From a virus (lineage: Duplodnaviria; Caudoviricetes), in the IMG/VR virus record IMGVR_UViG_3300038968_000070, positions 1-64,000 of that record: a stretch of 64,000 nt of DNA, one strand, 5' to 3'. The translations under genes were made by a program, and so were the position numbers. Positions 48,205-57,877 of this stretch are shown piece by piece; position 1 is the stretch's first letter, and each line of letters opens with the position of its first letter. Below the pieces are notes generated by a model that was given only the letters and a program-made list of their open reading frames with translations, was not told the origin of the DNA and searched no databases.

Positions 48205-48947
48205 CAGTGCACCGGCTCCTTCCACAAGCCGCTCAGGTAGACCCGCACGGTCATGTCGACGCCGAGGTGCGCGAGCGTCACCGCGAGCGCGTCGCACGCC
48301 GGCCGGTGCTGCGGCTCGACGATGCCGGCGAAGCTCAAGTTCTCTCGCACGCGGATCGGTATCACGAACGTCCGCCCCATGTACGCTTTGTCGAGCTGGT
48401 CGTGCGTACGCCCCGGCGCGCCGGGCGGTGGCTGCGGTTGCCGCGGACCAGGCGCACGACCGATGCCCGCCGGCGGCGCCATCGACGGTGCGCCGGGGAT
48501 CTCTTCCTCGGGCGGCTTGAGCGGCGTCACGCGGAGCAAATCAGCCAACGTCGAGACGGCGCGGGTCTTCTGGTTGTAGTCAAAGCGCACCGCCGTCGTC
48601 TCGAAGAAAACCTGCGCGGCGTCACTCTCGATCACCTCACGCGGCGCTACGACGGCGGCGCGCCAGGCGAAGACGAGAAACTCGAAGGCCTGCGGTAGCC
48701 CCATGTGGCCGGGGCGCGGGAGCGACGAGTCGGTCCACGTTGCGATCCGGCCCGACCCGGAGACCGTCTGCGAGCGCGCATAGCTAAACGCGTCGCGCGG
48801 TGTGCTGTAGAAGTCACCGACGCGCGGGACGAAGTCGACGCTACCCCACTGATCGCGATCGGACCAGTCCGCGACGGCGATGACCGTCCCGTCGGGCAGC
48901 CGGAGCGTTGTCGTCCCCGGTGCGATGCCTACGGTGCCGTTGCCCAT
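48204..48947 (-). CDS. Possible single jelly-roll capsid-protein paralog
   Basis: All-beta pattern; AT.TD...G..GLP..FEFLV, IPIRVRENLSF, VRVYLSGL..P motifs recalled from putative jelly-roll capsid proteins; unverified. Confidence 0.4.
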   Translation of the reverse strand: MGNGTVGIAPGTTTLRLPDGTVIAVADWSDRDQWGSVDFVPRVGDFYSTPRDAFSYARSQTVSGSGRIATWTDSSLPRPGHMGLPQAFEFLVFAWRAAVVAPREVIESDAAQVFFETTAVRFDYNQKTRAVSTLADLLRVTPLKPPEEEIPGAPSMAPPAGIGRAPGPRQPQPPPGAPGRTHDQLDKAYMGRTFVIPIRVRENLSFAGIVEPQHRPACDALAVTLAHLGVDMTVRVYLSGLWKEPVH

Positions 48948-48955
48948 GCTCGTTT

Positions 48956-49007
48956 GTCATATCAGAACCCTCCGACAGAACCGGCTGTCGGAGGGGCGTG
49001 ATAGACT
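48956..49007. promoter_or_regulatory. Back-to-back TGTCGG-N10-(-10) promoters
   Basis: Minus: TGTCGG (48977-48972)-N10-TATGAC; plus: TGTCGG (48986-48991)-N10-TAGACT. Confidence 0.6.
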
Positions 49008-49379
49008 CTAGAACCGCTTCTTGATCGCGCCGTAGCCCCGGTACGCGAGCGTCCCGGCCGCGAACGCGAGGATGCCCCACCCGATCGCGCTCGCCGTGAA
49101 GTCCGCGAGCGGGCTTGGCGCGTCGCCGCTGCCCTCGCTCCACACGTCGCCGACGGGGCCCGCCAGCGCAGGGCCGGTCAGCCACTTCCCGCGATCGTCG
49201 GCGCCCTTGAGGGGCGTGTCGGCGCAGCCGCAGATCGTGCGACCGTCCTGCGTTTCGGGCCAACACCCCGACGGACACGTGGCGTACGCCGCCGTGCGCG
49301 CGCGCCGCGTGAACGTACGACCGAGGAAGCGGCTGATCGCGCCGCTACGGGCGCCATCGAGCGTGATGGTGGTGGGCAT
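49008..49379 (-). CDS. Small membrane-anchored virion-type protein
   Basis: Cys cluster; LDGA/LKGA/LAGP motifs; C-terminal TM followed by KKRF. Confidence 0.6.
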   Translation of the reverse strand: MPTTITLDGARSGAISRFLGRTFTRRARTAAYATCPSGCWPETQDGRTICGCADTPLKGADDRGKWLTGPALAGPVGDVWSEGSGDAPSPLADFTASAIGWGILAFAAGTLAYRGYGAIKKRF

Positions 49380-49421
49380 GTCCTGTAGCTTACGCTACCG
49401 CTCGGCCAAGCTCAATCAGGC

Positions 49422-49443
49422 TGTCGGAGGGGTCTGGTAAGCT
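49422..49443 (+). promoter_or_regulatory. TGTCGG-N10-TAAGCT promoter (RecA-NDp/PafBC type)
   Basis: Exact match to TGTCGG-N10-TAnnnT. Confidence 0.6.
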
Positions 49444-49453
49444 CGACAGCGCC

Positions 49454-49648
49454 ATGGCCACCATCGAGATCTACAAGGACAAGCGAGGTGAATTCCGCTG
49501 GCGTGCGACGTTCCGGGGACGGACCCTCGCTGACTCGGGGGAGGGGTACAAGCGACGCGCGACCGTGCACGGCGCGCTGAGGCGCGTCTTTGGGTACGAC
49601 TACACGGTCTACTACCGCGTCAAGGACATGACGCGACCGCGCCCATGA
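49454..49648 (+). CDS. DUF1508/YegP-family protein
   Basis: IEIYKDKRGEFRWR...LADSGEGYKRRA. Confidence 0.8.
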   Translation: MATIEIYKDKRGEFRWRATFRGRTLADSGEGYKRRATVHGALRRVFGYDYTVYYRVKDMTRPRP

Positions 49649-50086
49649 GCTTCATCGAGGGCGTCTTCGTCGGCGTCGTGCTCACCACCGCCATCGCCGG
49701 CGTGATCGCGTCGACCTGGAACCGTCGTCGCTAGGGCCGCGGGCACCCGCGCTCGGGGCTCCACGCCCACGCGATGAGCACGAGGTGCCGGCGCGTCGGG
49801 CGGCCGTGGCGATCACGGCGCGGCTCGCGGCCGCGTCGCCGCTGCGCCTTGCCGGCGCATCGCCGGCTCGGGCTGCGCGATGCAGCTCGGGTTGAGGTAG
49901 CGTCGCGTCACACCCGCACCGCGTTCGCGCGCGAGATGTTGCGGCCGGAGAGGATGCACCGGTTGCGCGGGTGGTCCCACGTCCCGCCGCACATGACGTG
50001 CGCGGCGCCGCACCCGACGTGGTCGAGGGCCATGACGAGCGACGCGAAGCAGCGACGACACCGCCACCGGTCGGCGGCGACGGTGC

Positions 50087-50233
50087 TCACCGCCGACGGC
50101 GCCGCTTGGCGCCGGCCAGCGGGCCGCACGCCTTCAGGTAGTTCACGAGGGCCTGCGGGCCCTTGTCATGCGCGCGGCGGTACGCCTTGGCGCTGCACTT
50201 GGTGCGGGAACGGAAGCGGCGGCGGTAGCCCAT
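50087..50233 (-). CDS. 48-aa protamine-like basic protein
   Basis: MGYRRRFRSRTKCSAKAYRRAHDKGPQALVNYLKACGPLAGAKRRRRR; ATG 6 nt after TGG-TACGGT. Confidence 0.65.
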   Translation of the reverse strand: MGYRRRFRSRTKCSAKAYRRAHDKGPQALVNYLKACGPLAGAKRRRRR

Positions 50234-50237
50234 GTCA

Positions 50238-50648
50238 CTACCGTACCACGCGGCGCCGCGCGCGTGCGCGCCCGATCGCTCGCTTCTTCGGTCGCTTCCT
50301 GTAGTGCCGCTCGCGAGCGCTGTCAGTCTTGTCGATGCGCGCCTCAGCGGCTTGTCGTTCATGCTGTAGTAACGTGATACCGCACTTGTCGAGACGGTGA
50401 AGATGCGCGTTGTACTCCATGTTCGGCAGCACCCCGTCGATCTCCGCCGCGGTCTTCCACTCAGGCGCCCATACGCGCATCGGCACCTTGGTAGCCTTGT
50501 AGCGAACGGCTTCGTGCCCGATTTGCTGCCACCGCTGACCGATGCGCAGGTTGTTGGAAGCCTCACCGCAGGTCTTCGCCCGCACCGCGCGCTCGAACGC
50601 GCGCTGCGCTGTACGGAGCGCCTTGAGAACGTCGGCGACGGGTGACAT
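50238..50648 (-). CDS. Basic protein with Arg-rich tail
   Basis: Ends RKRPKKRAIGRARARRRVVR; leaderless-type start. Confidence 0.6.
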   Translation of the reverse strand: MSPVADVLKALRTAQRAFERAVRAKTCGEASNNLRIGQRWQQIGHEAVRYKATKVPMRVWAPEWKTAAEIDGVLPNMEYNAHLHRLDKCGITLLQHERQAAEARIDKTDSARERHYRKRPKKRAIGRARARRRVVR

Positions 50649-50877
50649 GCGATCAAAGTCTACCAGGCTGACGGACCCATGCGCTAGACTCGCCGTCGAC
50701 CATGAAGCGCGTCGAGACCACCAGTCGCATGTCTCACAGTCGCAAGCGCGGCGAGACGCCGTCGGGCGTCTCGAAGGTCAACGGGTGGTTGAAGCAACGG
50801 GTCGCGCGGCTGCGCCGGCGAATGGAACGGCGCGACGTCGAGGACGTGCCGACGCGGTTCACGCGGGGCTGGGCGGA

Positions 50878-51201
50878 CTAGCGCGCGTTCCACGCGGCGC
50901 GACGCTTGCGCTGTTGCTTCCAGCGCAGGTGGTCGACCTTGCACGTCGCCTGACGGAGTCGCCCGGCCGGGATCTCACGCCCGCCGAAGTCGATGAAGAT
51001 GCGATGCTTGGCGGTCTTGTAGCCCTTGCCGCCCTTGACGCCGCGCTTGACGATCACCTTCCAGCCGTCGACCTTGAAGACGCCGTGGACCGACGCCGGG
51101 ATCTTCGAGCCCTCGAAGCCGAGAGCTTGCCGGATGCGGCCGGTCGCGGTGTACTGCCACTTGCACGGGTTGGTCGGCAACGGCGGGTACTTGTAGCTCA
51201 T
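50878..51201 (-). CDS. Basic hypothetical protein
   Basis: Lys/Arg-rich; ATG 7 nt after TAGGCT. Confidence 0.6.
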   Translation of the reverse strand: MSYKYPPLPTNPCKWQYTATGRIRQALGFEGSKIPASVHGVFKVDGWKVIVKRGVKGGKGYKTAKHRIFIDFGGREIPAGRLRQATCKVDHLRWKQQRKRRAAWNAR

Positions 51202-51268
51202 GCCGTCGAGCCTACAGCGGCGAGGTCGTCGACACCAGGACGTAGCAGGTCGTGTCGTCAGGCGACGT

Positions 51269-51466
51269 TCAGCGTCGTCGGCACGCCGACGCGGCGGCGG
51301 CGAATCGCGCCGCGTCGAACCGTGGGTTCTGCCGCGCGAAGTGATTGGCCACGCCGTGGATCAGCTCCGACGACGCGCGGTGGTTGCAGAGCAGGTCGGC
51401 GAGCGCGACGAAGTCCTGCTTCGTCGGCGCGCCGAGGGTTCGCGACTTGCGCTTACGCTTCGCCAT
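51269..51466 (-). CDS. Small basic protein
   Basis: MAKRKRKSRTLGA...QNPRFDAARF; GAGGA RBS. Confidence 0.65.
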   Translation of the reverse strand: MAKRKRKSRTLGAPTKQDFVALADLLCNHRASSELIHGVANHFARQNPRFDAARFAAAASACRRR

Positions 51467-51476
51467 GGTGTTCCTC

Positions 51477-51728
51477 TCAGCGCTTGAACTTGATACCGGG
51501 GCAGTCCGCCCGGAGCTGCCGCTTCGCGTCGGCGCGGTCGCGTGCGCGGAGGAACGTGCCCCAATGCGTCTCCGAGTCGACCTCGTAGACCGGCGCGCCG
51601 ACGCCGAAATACTTGCCGCTGTCGCGGCTGTAGCCGCCGGCATCGAGGTAGACGCGCCGGAGCGAGACCGGTGCCGTCGGGCACTTGTACCGCGGGATGA
51701 CGGCACCGAGGCGCCTGCGCTTCGCCAC
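51477..51728 (-). CDS. Small basic protein
   Basis: MAKRRRLGA...RVYLDAGGY...YFGVGAPVY. Confidence 0.65.
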   Translation of the reverse strand: MAKRRRLGAVIPRYKCPTAPVSLRRVYLDAGGYSRDSGKYFGVGAPVYEVDSETHWGTFLRARDRADAKRQLRADCPGIKFKR

Positions 51729-51731
51729 CGA

Positions 51732-52040
51732 TCAGCCCTCGATGTTGCGCTTGGCGAACCAGACGCCGGCGGCGACGCCGACGATCGCCCCGAGCACGCG
51801 GGCGATGCCCGCGGCGCCGGGCACCAGGGGTGCCTGCAACCCGGACAAGCCGGGCTGCGTCATGAAGCCGGCCGCGCTGCCGACGGGCGTGAACTGCCCG
51901 TCGAAGCTCTGCTCGGGGCTCCACCCGAACGCGGAGAAGCCGCCCCCGCCCGACGGGTACGTCGGGTAGTAGCGGATCTTCTGGTTCGGGTTCTGGGGCG
52001 CCTGGTGACGATCCTGGCGCCACCGCGTGGCGGACACCAT
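51732..52040 (-). CDS. Small membrane-anchored protein
   Basis: AAGGAG RBS; GLSGL motif; C-terminal TM. Confidence 0.6.
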   Translation of the reverse strand: MVSATRWRQDRHQAPQNPNQKIRYYPTYPSGGGGFSAFGWSPEQSFDGQFTPVGSAAGFMTQPGLSGLQAPLVPGAAGIARVLGAIVGVAAGVWFAKRNIEG

Positions 52041-52104
52041 GAGGGTCTCCTTGCGCCGTGGGTCGTTGTCGAGCTACACCGCGAACGCGTCGGTCAGGAC
52101 GCGA

Positions 52105-52236
52105 TCAGCGACGGCGGCGGCGGCGACGGATGCACTTGCCGCGCTTGCCCATCTTCCAGCCGGGGCCGCAGCCACCGGAACCGAGACGACGGCGACGACG
52201 CCGACGGGAACGACCGAGGAGATTGATCTTCGCCAT
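52105..52236 (-). CDS. 43-aa protamine-like protein (not in ORF track)
   Basis: MAKINLLGRSRRRRRRRLGSGGCGPGWKMGKRGKCIRRRRRRR. Confidence 0.7.
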   Translation of the reverse strand: MAKINLLGRSRRRRRRRLGSGGCGPGWKMGKRGKCIRRRRRRR

Positions 52237-52486
52237 GGTTCGAGGATCGCATGACCGATCCGGGGCGTCAAGGGGTTAGCGCCGTGCGCGCCCGGCACGC
52301 CGCCGACGACCGTAACCGGGCCCCGTCCGCGTGTTCGCCTGGTACTCGTCGGCGAGCCTGCGCAGCTTGCACGCAGCGCACGCTGCCGTGCCTTCACAGC
52401 CAGCTGCGTCGAGCACGGCGTCGATCGCCTCGAAGAGCTGCCCACGCAGGGTGTTCAGCTTGCGCGCGCGGCGTCGCTTGCGGTCT

Positions 52487-53494
52487 TCAGTCGTCAACAT
52501 CGTCCTCATCCGGCGGCGGAACGTCGTCACGCATCGGCGGCCACGTCTCCATCGACACGCCGTCGGCCATCGCTTCGAGCGCCTTCGCCGTCACCTCCGC
52601 GGTCTCGCGGATCGTCTTCGCGGCCTTGCGCAGCTTCGCGGCCTGCTTCACCTTCGCCACGTTCCATTCGGCGGCGGTGTCATCGTCGACCGGTTGTGCC
52701 ATCGCCGCACCGACCGTGGCGATCTTGGCGCCCTCGGCCGTCAGCTGCGCGCGCACCGTCGCTTTCGCCATGTCTGCGTTGGCGTCCTTCACGGCGGCCC
52801 ACAGATCGGTAGCGGGCGCGCCGACGAGGATCGGGTACTGTTGCATCCGGCGGCGCTGCATCGAGTAGTCGCCGCCGTAGCTCCCGTACGTCCCTTCGGC
52901 GGCGCTGTGAAACGCGTACGAGACGTCGAAGCCCGCGGTTGTCTTGTGCAGGATGACGTCCACGGGGATCGTGACGAGCGCGAAGACGCGTTTGTCGCCG
53001 GGCCGCTTACGCGACATGAACGGGCGCTCCTGCCACCGTTCGAGCCCGTGCGCACCCGATTCGACGACGGCTTGCACGTCCCGCGTGAGTTGATGGAGCA
53101 GCGGCGCGACCTCGACCAGCCGTTGACGCAGCGCCTCGGCTTGTTCGATCCGGTTCGGTGCGTCGACGACCTTGCGGTCAATCACGGGCGTCGGCGCGCA
53201 GTGATCCGTGCGCGCCTTCGCCCACGCGATGTAATCCGGGACGAGCAACCGGCGCACGGCAGTGGCGAGGTCACGACCGACGCGCCCCGCGTATTCGAGA
53301 TCCATTTGCTTGCGCCGTCGCTCCGCGGCGTCATCAGGCCCACCACGAAGCCGCCCGTCTATCGGCTCCACCGGCAACCGTTCGAGCTGCGCGACGATGT
53401 CGAGCACGCTCTTGAGCTGCGGGGCGTCGGTGGCAACCGCGGCGAGGTCGGACTCCGCCAACGGCGTCGTGCGACGCTTCGTCTTTGACTTCAT
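52487..53494 (-). CDS. Hypothetical protein
   Basis: 335 aa, high GC3, acidic tail. Confidence 0.6.
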   Translation of the reverse strand: MKSKTKRRTTPLAESDLAAVATDAPQLKSVLDIVAQLERLPVEPIDGRLRGGPDDAAERRRKQMDLEYAGRVGRDLATAVRRLLVPDYIAWAKARTDHCAPTPVIDRKVVDAPNRIEQAEALRQRLVEVAPLLHQLTRDVQAVVESGAHGLERWQERPFMSRKRPGDKRVFALVTIPVDVILHKTTAGFDVSYAFHSAAEGTYGSYGGDYSMQRRRMQQYPILVGAPATDLWAAVKDANADMAKATVRAQLTAEGAKIATVGAAMAQPVDDDTAAEWNVAKVKQAAKLRKAAKTIRETAEVTAKALEAMADGVSMETWPPMRDDVPPPDEDDVDD

Positions 53495-53507
53495 CGTCGT
53501 CCGCTCT

Positions 53508-54479
53508 CTACAGCGCGTTGCGGTTGTTCGACGCCCACGGCGGCGCCGGCAGGAGCGCCTTCTTGCCCGTCTTCTCTTCGAGGCGCGCGGCGAAGATGCG
53601 CTTGATGCGGTTGTAACAGGGCGACCGGTCGGTCTCGCGCAGCGAGCGCCCGGTCAACCACGTGAGGTAGTGCGGGTCGGCCGAGAGCGCCATGAGCAGC
53701 TCGGTGAAGGTGTCCTTCGTGATCTTGAGCGTCTTCGCCGAGTACGGCGTGACGACGAGCCGCCGGTAGAGCCACATGCAGAGCGTCATGTTGAGGTTGA
53801 GCCACAGCCGGTGGTACTCGGCGTCGCGCCCCCACGCAGCCATCGCCAGCTCCAGAAACTCGATCATGCGATCGGCCTCGTCGGTGGTGAACGACTGCGC
53901 GATGCGCAGGGCCGAGTCACCGCCGGCCTTCGGCGTGTCGGGGGCCGAGCCGATCCAGCACCGGAGCGCGGCACTCATCGACATGACCGGCGACTTGTCG
54001 CCGCGGCGGATCTGATCGTAGCCGAGGAACGGGCAGTGCCGGCGCAGCTTCGAGAGCGCGGGGTTCGACTTTTCGAGCCCGCGGAGGACGTCGTCGGGCT
54101 TGAGCGCGACCATGTGGCTGTTGAGCCGGACGAACTCCTCGCCCATCTCCGCCATCGAGTCGAAGTGGAGCACGCGGACGTCGCAGTAGCCGGTGAGGCA
54201 CTCGCTGATGAAGAACGCCTCGCGCCGGTGCTGACCGTCGATCAGGTATTGCTGCTTGTCGAGCACGCCGATGACGATCACGCCGGGGATGACGCCGCCC
54301 GACTCGCGGATCTCGTTGGCGCACTCGCGGACCTTGTCGTTGATCTTGAGCGGGCGCTGGAACGGCGGGTCCTTCAACGCCTTCAGTCGGTTGATCGAGA
54401 CCTCCCACGTGTCCGTGGTCGTGCGTGTGGTCTTCTCGGCTTCGGTAGACGGCTTGACGAGCTTGAGGTGTTCGGTCAC
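53508..54479 (-). CDS. DGQHR/ParB-Srx-like domain protein
   Basis: FQRPL...YLIDGQHRREA...FVRLN. Confidence 0.7.
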   Translation of the reverse strand: MTEHLKLVKPSTEAEKTTRTTTDTWEVSINRLKALKDPPFQRPLKINDKVRECANEIRESGGVIPGVIVIGVLDKQQYLIDGQHRREAFFISECLTGYCDVRVLHFDSMAEMGEEFVRLNSHMVALKPDDVLRGLEKSNPALSKLRRHCPFLGYDQIRRGDKSPVMSMSAALRCWIGSAPDTPKAGGDSALRIAQSFTTDEADRMIEFLELAMAAWGRDAEYHRLWLNLNMTLCMWLYRRLVVTPYSAKTLKITKDTFTELLMALSADPHYLTWLTGRSLRETDRSPCYNRIKRIFAARLEEKTGKKALLPAPPWASNNRNAL

Positions 54480-55152
54480 GGCTTATTTCCTTCGTTGACG
54501 ACGCGCGCCTTCGGGACCGCCGACTCCGGCGCAGCTGGCGCGAAGCCGCGCTGGTACGCCCAGAAGAGGAGCAGCGCCGCCCAGCCGATCGGCCAGACCG
54601 CGTTGCAGATGACGACGCGATCCGGCAGGTTGAGCGTGTCGCAGCCGTACCGCGCCGTCGCGCGTCGGTTGAGCACACCCGCGACGTAGACCCAGCCCAT
54701 CGCGAGGGCGACGAGCACCAGCACGGTCACGATCGCGATCACGCGCGCGTCTCCTTCAGGTGCTTCCGGGCGGACCACAGGAGCGCACCGATCGTTGCGA
54801 CCGACGCCGCCAGGGTGACGCCCAGCTTCACAGGACCGCCGAAAAAGTGGAGGAGGTCGGCGATCACTGCGCCGAACCACAGCCCCGACAGACGCGCCCA
54901 GAACCGCGACCGCTTGTGAAGCGCGATGAGACGTTCGAGCGCCACGATCCGATCGGCGACGTCTGTCGACGTCGCGTACGCGCGCCGGGCGCCGGCATGA
55001 CTCGTCAGGTCGATGACGTCCATCGCCCACTCCAATATTGGAAACGCATGTTCACCGTACGTAACCCCGATCGCGGGCCACGTCAAGCGAAGATCGAGAT
55101 CGTCCCACCACTCGGCGATTCTAGCCTGCGAGTCCGACAGGCGGACGGGGCG

Positions 55153-55578
55153 TCAGCGCGGGGCATCCGGCGCGAGCCGATTCAGGAAGGCTTTCACGTG
55201 CGGAAACACGAGGTAAGTGCTCGGGACGCAAGGCAACCACTCGACGGCGTGGAGCGGTGAGACCCAGCGCAGATCGACCACCGAATCGCTCACCGCCGGC
55301 ACGAGATCCCCGAGGATCACGTGGTAGAGCGAGATCACCACGGGCGACTCCAGATCGAACGTCACCCGCGCGATCCGCCGCCCGACACGAGGGCTGATGC
55401 CCAGCTCCTCTTGCCACTCACGCCGGAGCGCGACCTCGTCGCCTTCGGCGCGCTCGACCTTGCCGCCGGGGTACTCCCACATGTTCGGGCGACGCTTGTC
55501 GGGCGGTCGCAGCCCCATGAGGGTATTACCGTCCTTGTCGACGGCGATACCTGACACGACGCGTAGGCGTTGGATCAT
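55153..55578 (-). CDS. Nudix hydrolase (MutT-like)
   Basis: WEYPGGKVERAEGDEVALRREWQEELG Nudix box. Confidence 0.9.
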   Translation of the reverse strand: MIQRLRVVSGIAVDKDGNTLMGLRPPDKRRPNMWEYPGGKVERAEGDEVALRREWQEELGISPRVGRRIARVTFDLESPVVISLYHVILGDLVPAVSDSVVDLRWVSPLHAVEWLPCVPSTYLVFPHVKAFLNRLAPDAPR

Positions 55579-55937
55579 TCGCGAGGGCCTTTCTCGTCAG
55601 CACGGTCGGCCAACTCCGCGAGCACGTCACCGTGACATGGAAGCGGCGCGCAACAGCACCCGAGGATGCGGCCGCGGATCTCGGGGAGCCGCGCGAGCAG
55701 ACGCGGCTGGTTCAAGATCCACTTGCGGTACGCCGCGATCACGTCGTGTCGGTCGCCGTCGACGCCGATGCGAAATGGGTTGCCCCAGATCGACCCGCGC
55801 ATGATGTTGACGTGGAATGCGTGTCGACGCTTGTCGACGACGCGCGTGATGCACGGACGCACGACGTCCGCAGCGTCGAAGCCGCAGACGACGCACGTAT
55901 CGCCATCGAACGTGTGGGTTTCGAGGTCGGTGATCAT
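55575..55937 (-). CDS. DUF4326-family protein
   Basis: RGSIWGNPF...LGCCCAPLPCHGDVL. Confidence 0.8.
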   Translation of the reverse strand: MITDLETHTFDGDTCVVCGFDAADVVRPCITRVVDKRRHAFHVNIMRGSIWGNPFRIGVDGDRHDVIAAYRKWILNQPRLLARLPEIRGRILGCCCAPLPCHGDVLAELADRADEKGPRE

Positions 55938-55981
55938 CGTGTCACTCGCCGTCGTCGAGATGAATGAGATCGCTCACAGGA

Positions 55982-56854
55982 TCATTCACCTCCACCCGGC
56001 GCCGGCGGTGGCGGAAAGTTCGCCGCGGCCCACGCGAGCAACGCTTCGGCGCGCATCGAGCTGGCCTTCTGGCAGAGCAGCTTCACATGCGGCGGGAAGT
56101 CCTGCTTCTGCATCCACTTCAGGTAACCGCCGGCGGTGGCGGCGATCACCGGCAACGGCGTGTCCTTGTGCTTGCCGAACGTCATGACGATCGTCGGCGG
56201 CGCGCCGGGCCCGTTCGTCCAGACCCACTTGAAGTGGTTGGAGCCGCCGAGCCATGTCTTGCGGTCAGGGTCGCAGAGATCGGCGATCTCGCCCCAATCC
56301 TTGCCTTGGAGCTGGAACGCGTCGATCATACCGAGCGCGACGCGACCCGTCGCGGCGATGTCGGCGACGGCGCTGTGCGCGTTGTCGAAGTCGCCGCCGG
56401 CGAAGCGGCGATGCGCCTCGGCGAGACCGCGCGGCTCGTGACGTTGCCACAAGCGGTACGGGTCGACGATGTACTTCTTCGAGAAGTCGGGCGCCGGCGC
56501 GTTGATGCGCTGGAACTCGGCGGCGAGCATCTCCAGGTCGAAGGCGATGTTGTAGCCGATGAGGACGACGGCTTCGTCGAGGAGGTCGGCGATGCGATGC
56601 GCGAGCGCCTTGAAGGGCGGCGCCTTGTCGAGCATCTCCATCGAGATCCCGTGCACCTTCTGTGCGCCGGGGTGGATCGGCGCGTCGGGCTTGAAGCGCC
56701 ACACCGTCGTCGGCGCCGGGATGACGTCGCCCTTGTCGGTGTACGTCTCGAAGCCGTACTGGACCGCCAACTCGATGACCTGATCAGTCGCCTTGTTGGT
56801 GCCCGTCGTCTCGGTGTCGATGACGAGGACGCTGGTGTCGAGATCGTCGTTCAC
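55982..56854 (-). CDS. DEDDh 3'-5' exonuclease (DnaQ-like)
   Basis: IDTETTG, GYNIAFD, AHSAVAD; C-terminal FGKHKD module. Confidence 0.9.
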   Translation of the reverse strand: MNDDLDTSVLVIDTETTGTNKATDQVIELAVQYGFETYTDKGDVIPAPTTVWRFKPDAPIHPGAQKVHGISMEMLDKAPPFKALAHRIADLLDEAVVLIGYNIAFDLEMLAAEFQRINAPAPDFSKKYIVDPYRLWQRHEPRGLAEAHRRFAGGDFDNAHSAVADIAATGRVALGMIDAFQLQGKDWGEIADLCDPDRKTWLGGSNHFKWVWTNGPGAPPTIVMTFGKHKDTPLPVIAATAGGYLKWMQKQDFPPHVKLLCQKASSMRAEALLAWAAANFPPPPAPGGGE

Positions 56855-57235
56855 GGCTGCTTGAACCCGAGAAGGAAACGCACACCAACCGTGTTGACGA
56901 TCGCGGGACGCCACACCTCGCCGCAGAAGCCGTCGTCCATGTCGCTCATGACGTCACCGACGGCTGTGCCGCCATCGCGAGCAAGCCCTGCGTGTCGTCA
57001 TACAGGAACGCCACACCGAAGTTTTCACGCGTGACGGCGTTGACCGCGGCGAGCGGCGCGCCCTTCACGCTGTTCGTGGTGCCGCCGACCATGTAGAACG
57101 TCATCAAGAACGTCGTCACGGGCTTACCCTCGACGCGCTCGGGGGTGACGGTGAACGTCGTGACCTGCGACGGAATGACGACGGTCACACCGTTGGGGTC
57201 GTTGCCACCGCCCATGGCGATGAACTCCTTCGACA

Positions 57236-57877
57236 TCAGCTTGCTCTCCTCGGGATCCACCGCATCGCCTTGACGATGTTGATGACCTCGTTCCAGTCGT
57301 TCGTGCGCAGGCCAGACCAGTCCGGCCGCGCGAAGTCGTCGGCGTTGACCGCATCGGGGTAAACCGGCTTCGGCTTGACCGCGTCGGCGTTGTACGGCTG
57401 CGCCCACAAGATACCCACACCCTGTGGATGCGCGCGCTGCCAGTTGATCACGTGCTCGGGCTTGTCGTCGACGAAGACGTCGCCCTTGACGAGATGCTTC
57501 GCTTCGGTGTGGACGATCTCCTTGCGCGTGAAGCCGCAGTGCTCGACGAGCCACGCGTCGCGCTCCATCACCCACGGCATCGAATTGAACGGCGACGTGA
57601 GCGGGTGGACGACGGCGTGTTCGCGCAGACGGATCACGGCGTCGGGCGCGAACGGGTACGGCGGGAGCGCGGCGCACCACCCCGGCTGCTTCCACGCGTG
57701 GGTCAACTTCGCCATCTGATCGGCGTCGAGGTTGAAGCACGTCTCGAAGTGCCAGTTGACGATGTCGTCGTGCGTGCCGGCGATGCCGAAGAGGTCTTTC
57801 AGCGACTTGAGCGCGCCGGCGATGAAGTTCGCGAGGACGCCGTCGCAGTCGAGGAGGACGGTGGGCTTATTAGTCAT
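57236..57877 (-). CDS. 5'(3')-deoxyribonucleotidase (HAD, NT5C family)
   Basis: LLDCDGVLANF, LTSP, DVFVDDKP, QPYN. Confidence 0.85.
   Translation of the reverse strand: MTNKPTVLLDCDGVLANFIAGALKSLKDLFGIAGTHDDIVNWHFETCFNLDADQMAKLTHAWKQPGWCAALPPYPFAPDAVIRLREHAVVHPLTSPFNSMPWVMERDAWLVEHCGFTRKEIVHTEAKHLVKGDVFVDDKPEHVINWQRAHPQGVGILWAQPYNADAVKPKPVYPDAVNADDFARPDWSGLRTNDWNEVINIVKAMRWIPRRAS

Noticed and set aside
53508-54479. Phosphorothioation (Dnd) system suggested by the DGQHR motif
   Set aside because: No dndA/C/D/E-like neighbours in the window; DGQHR also occurs in stand-alone ParB/Srx-like phage proteins.
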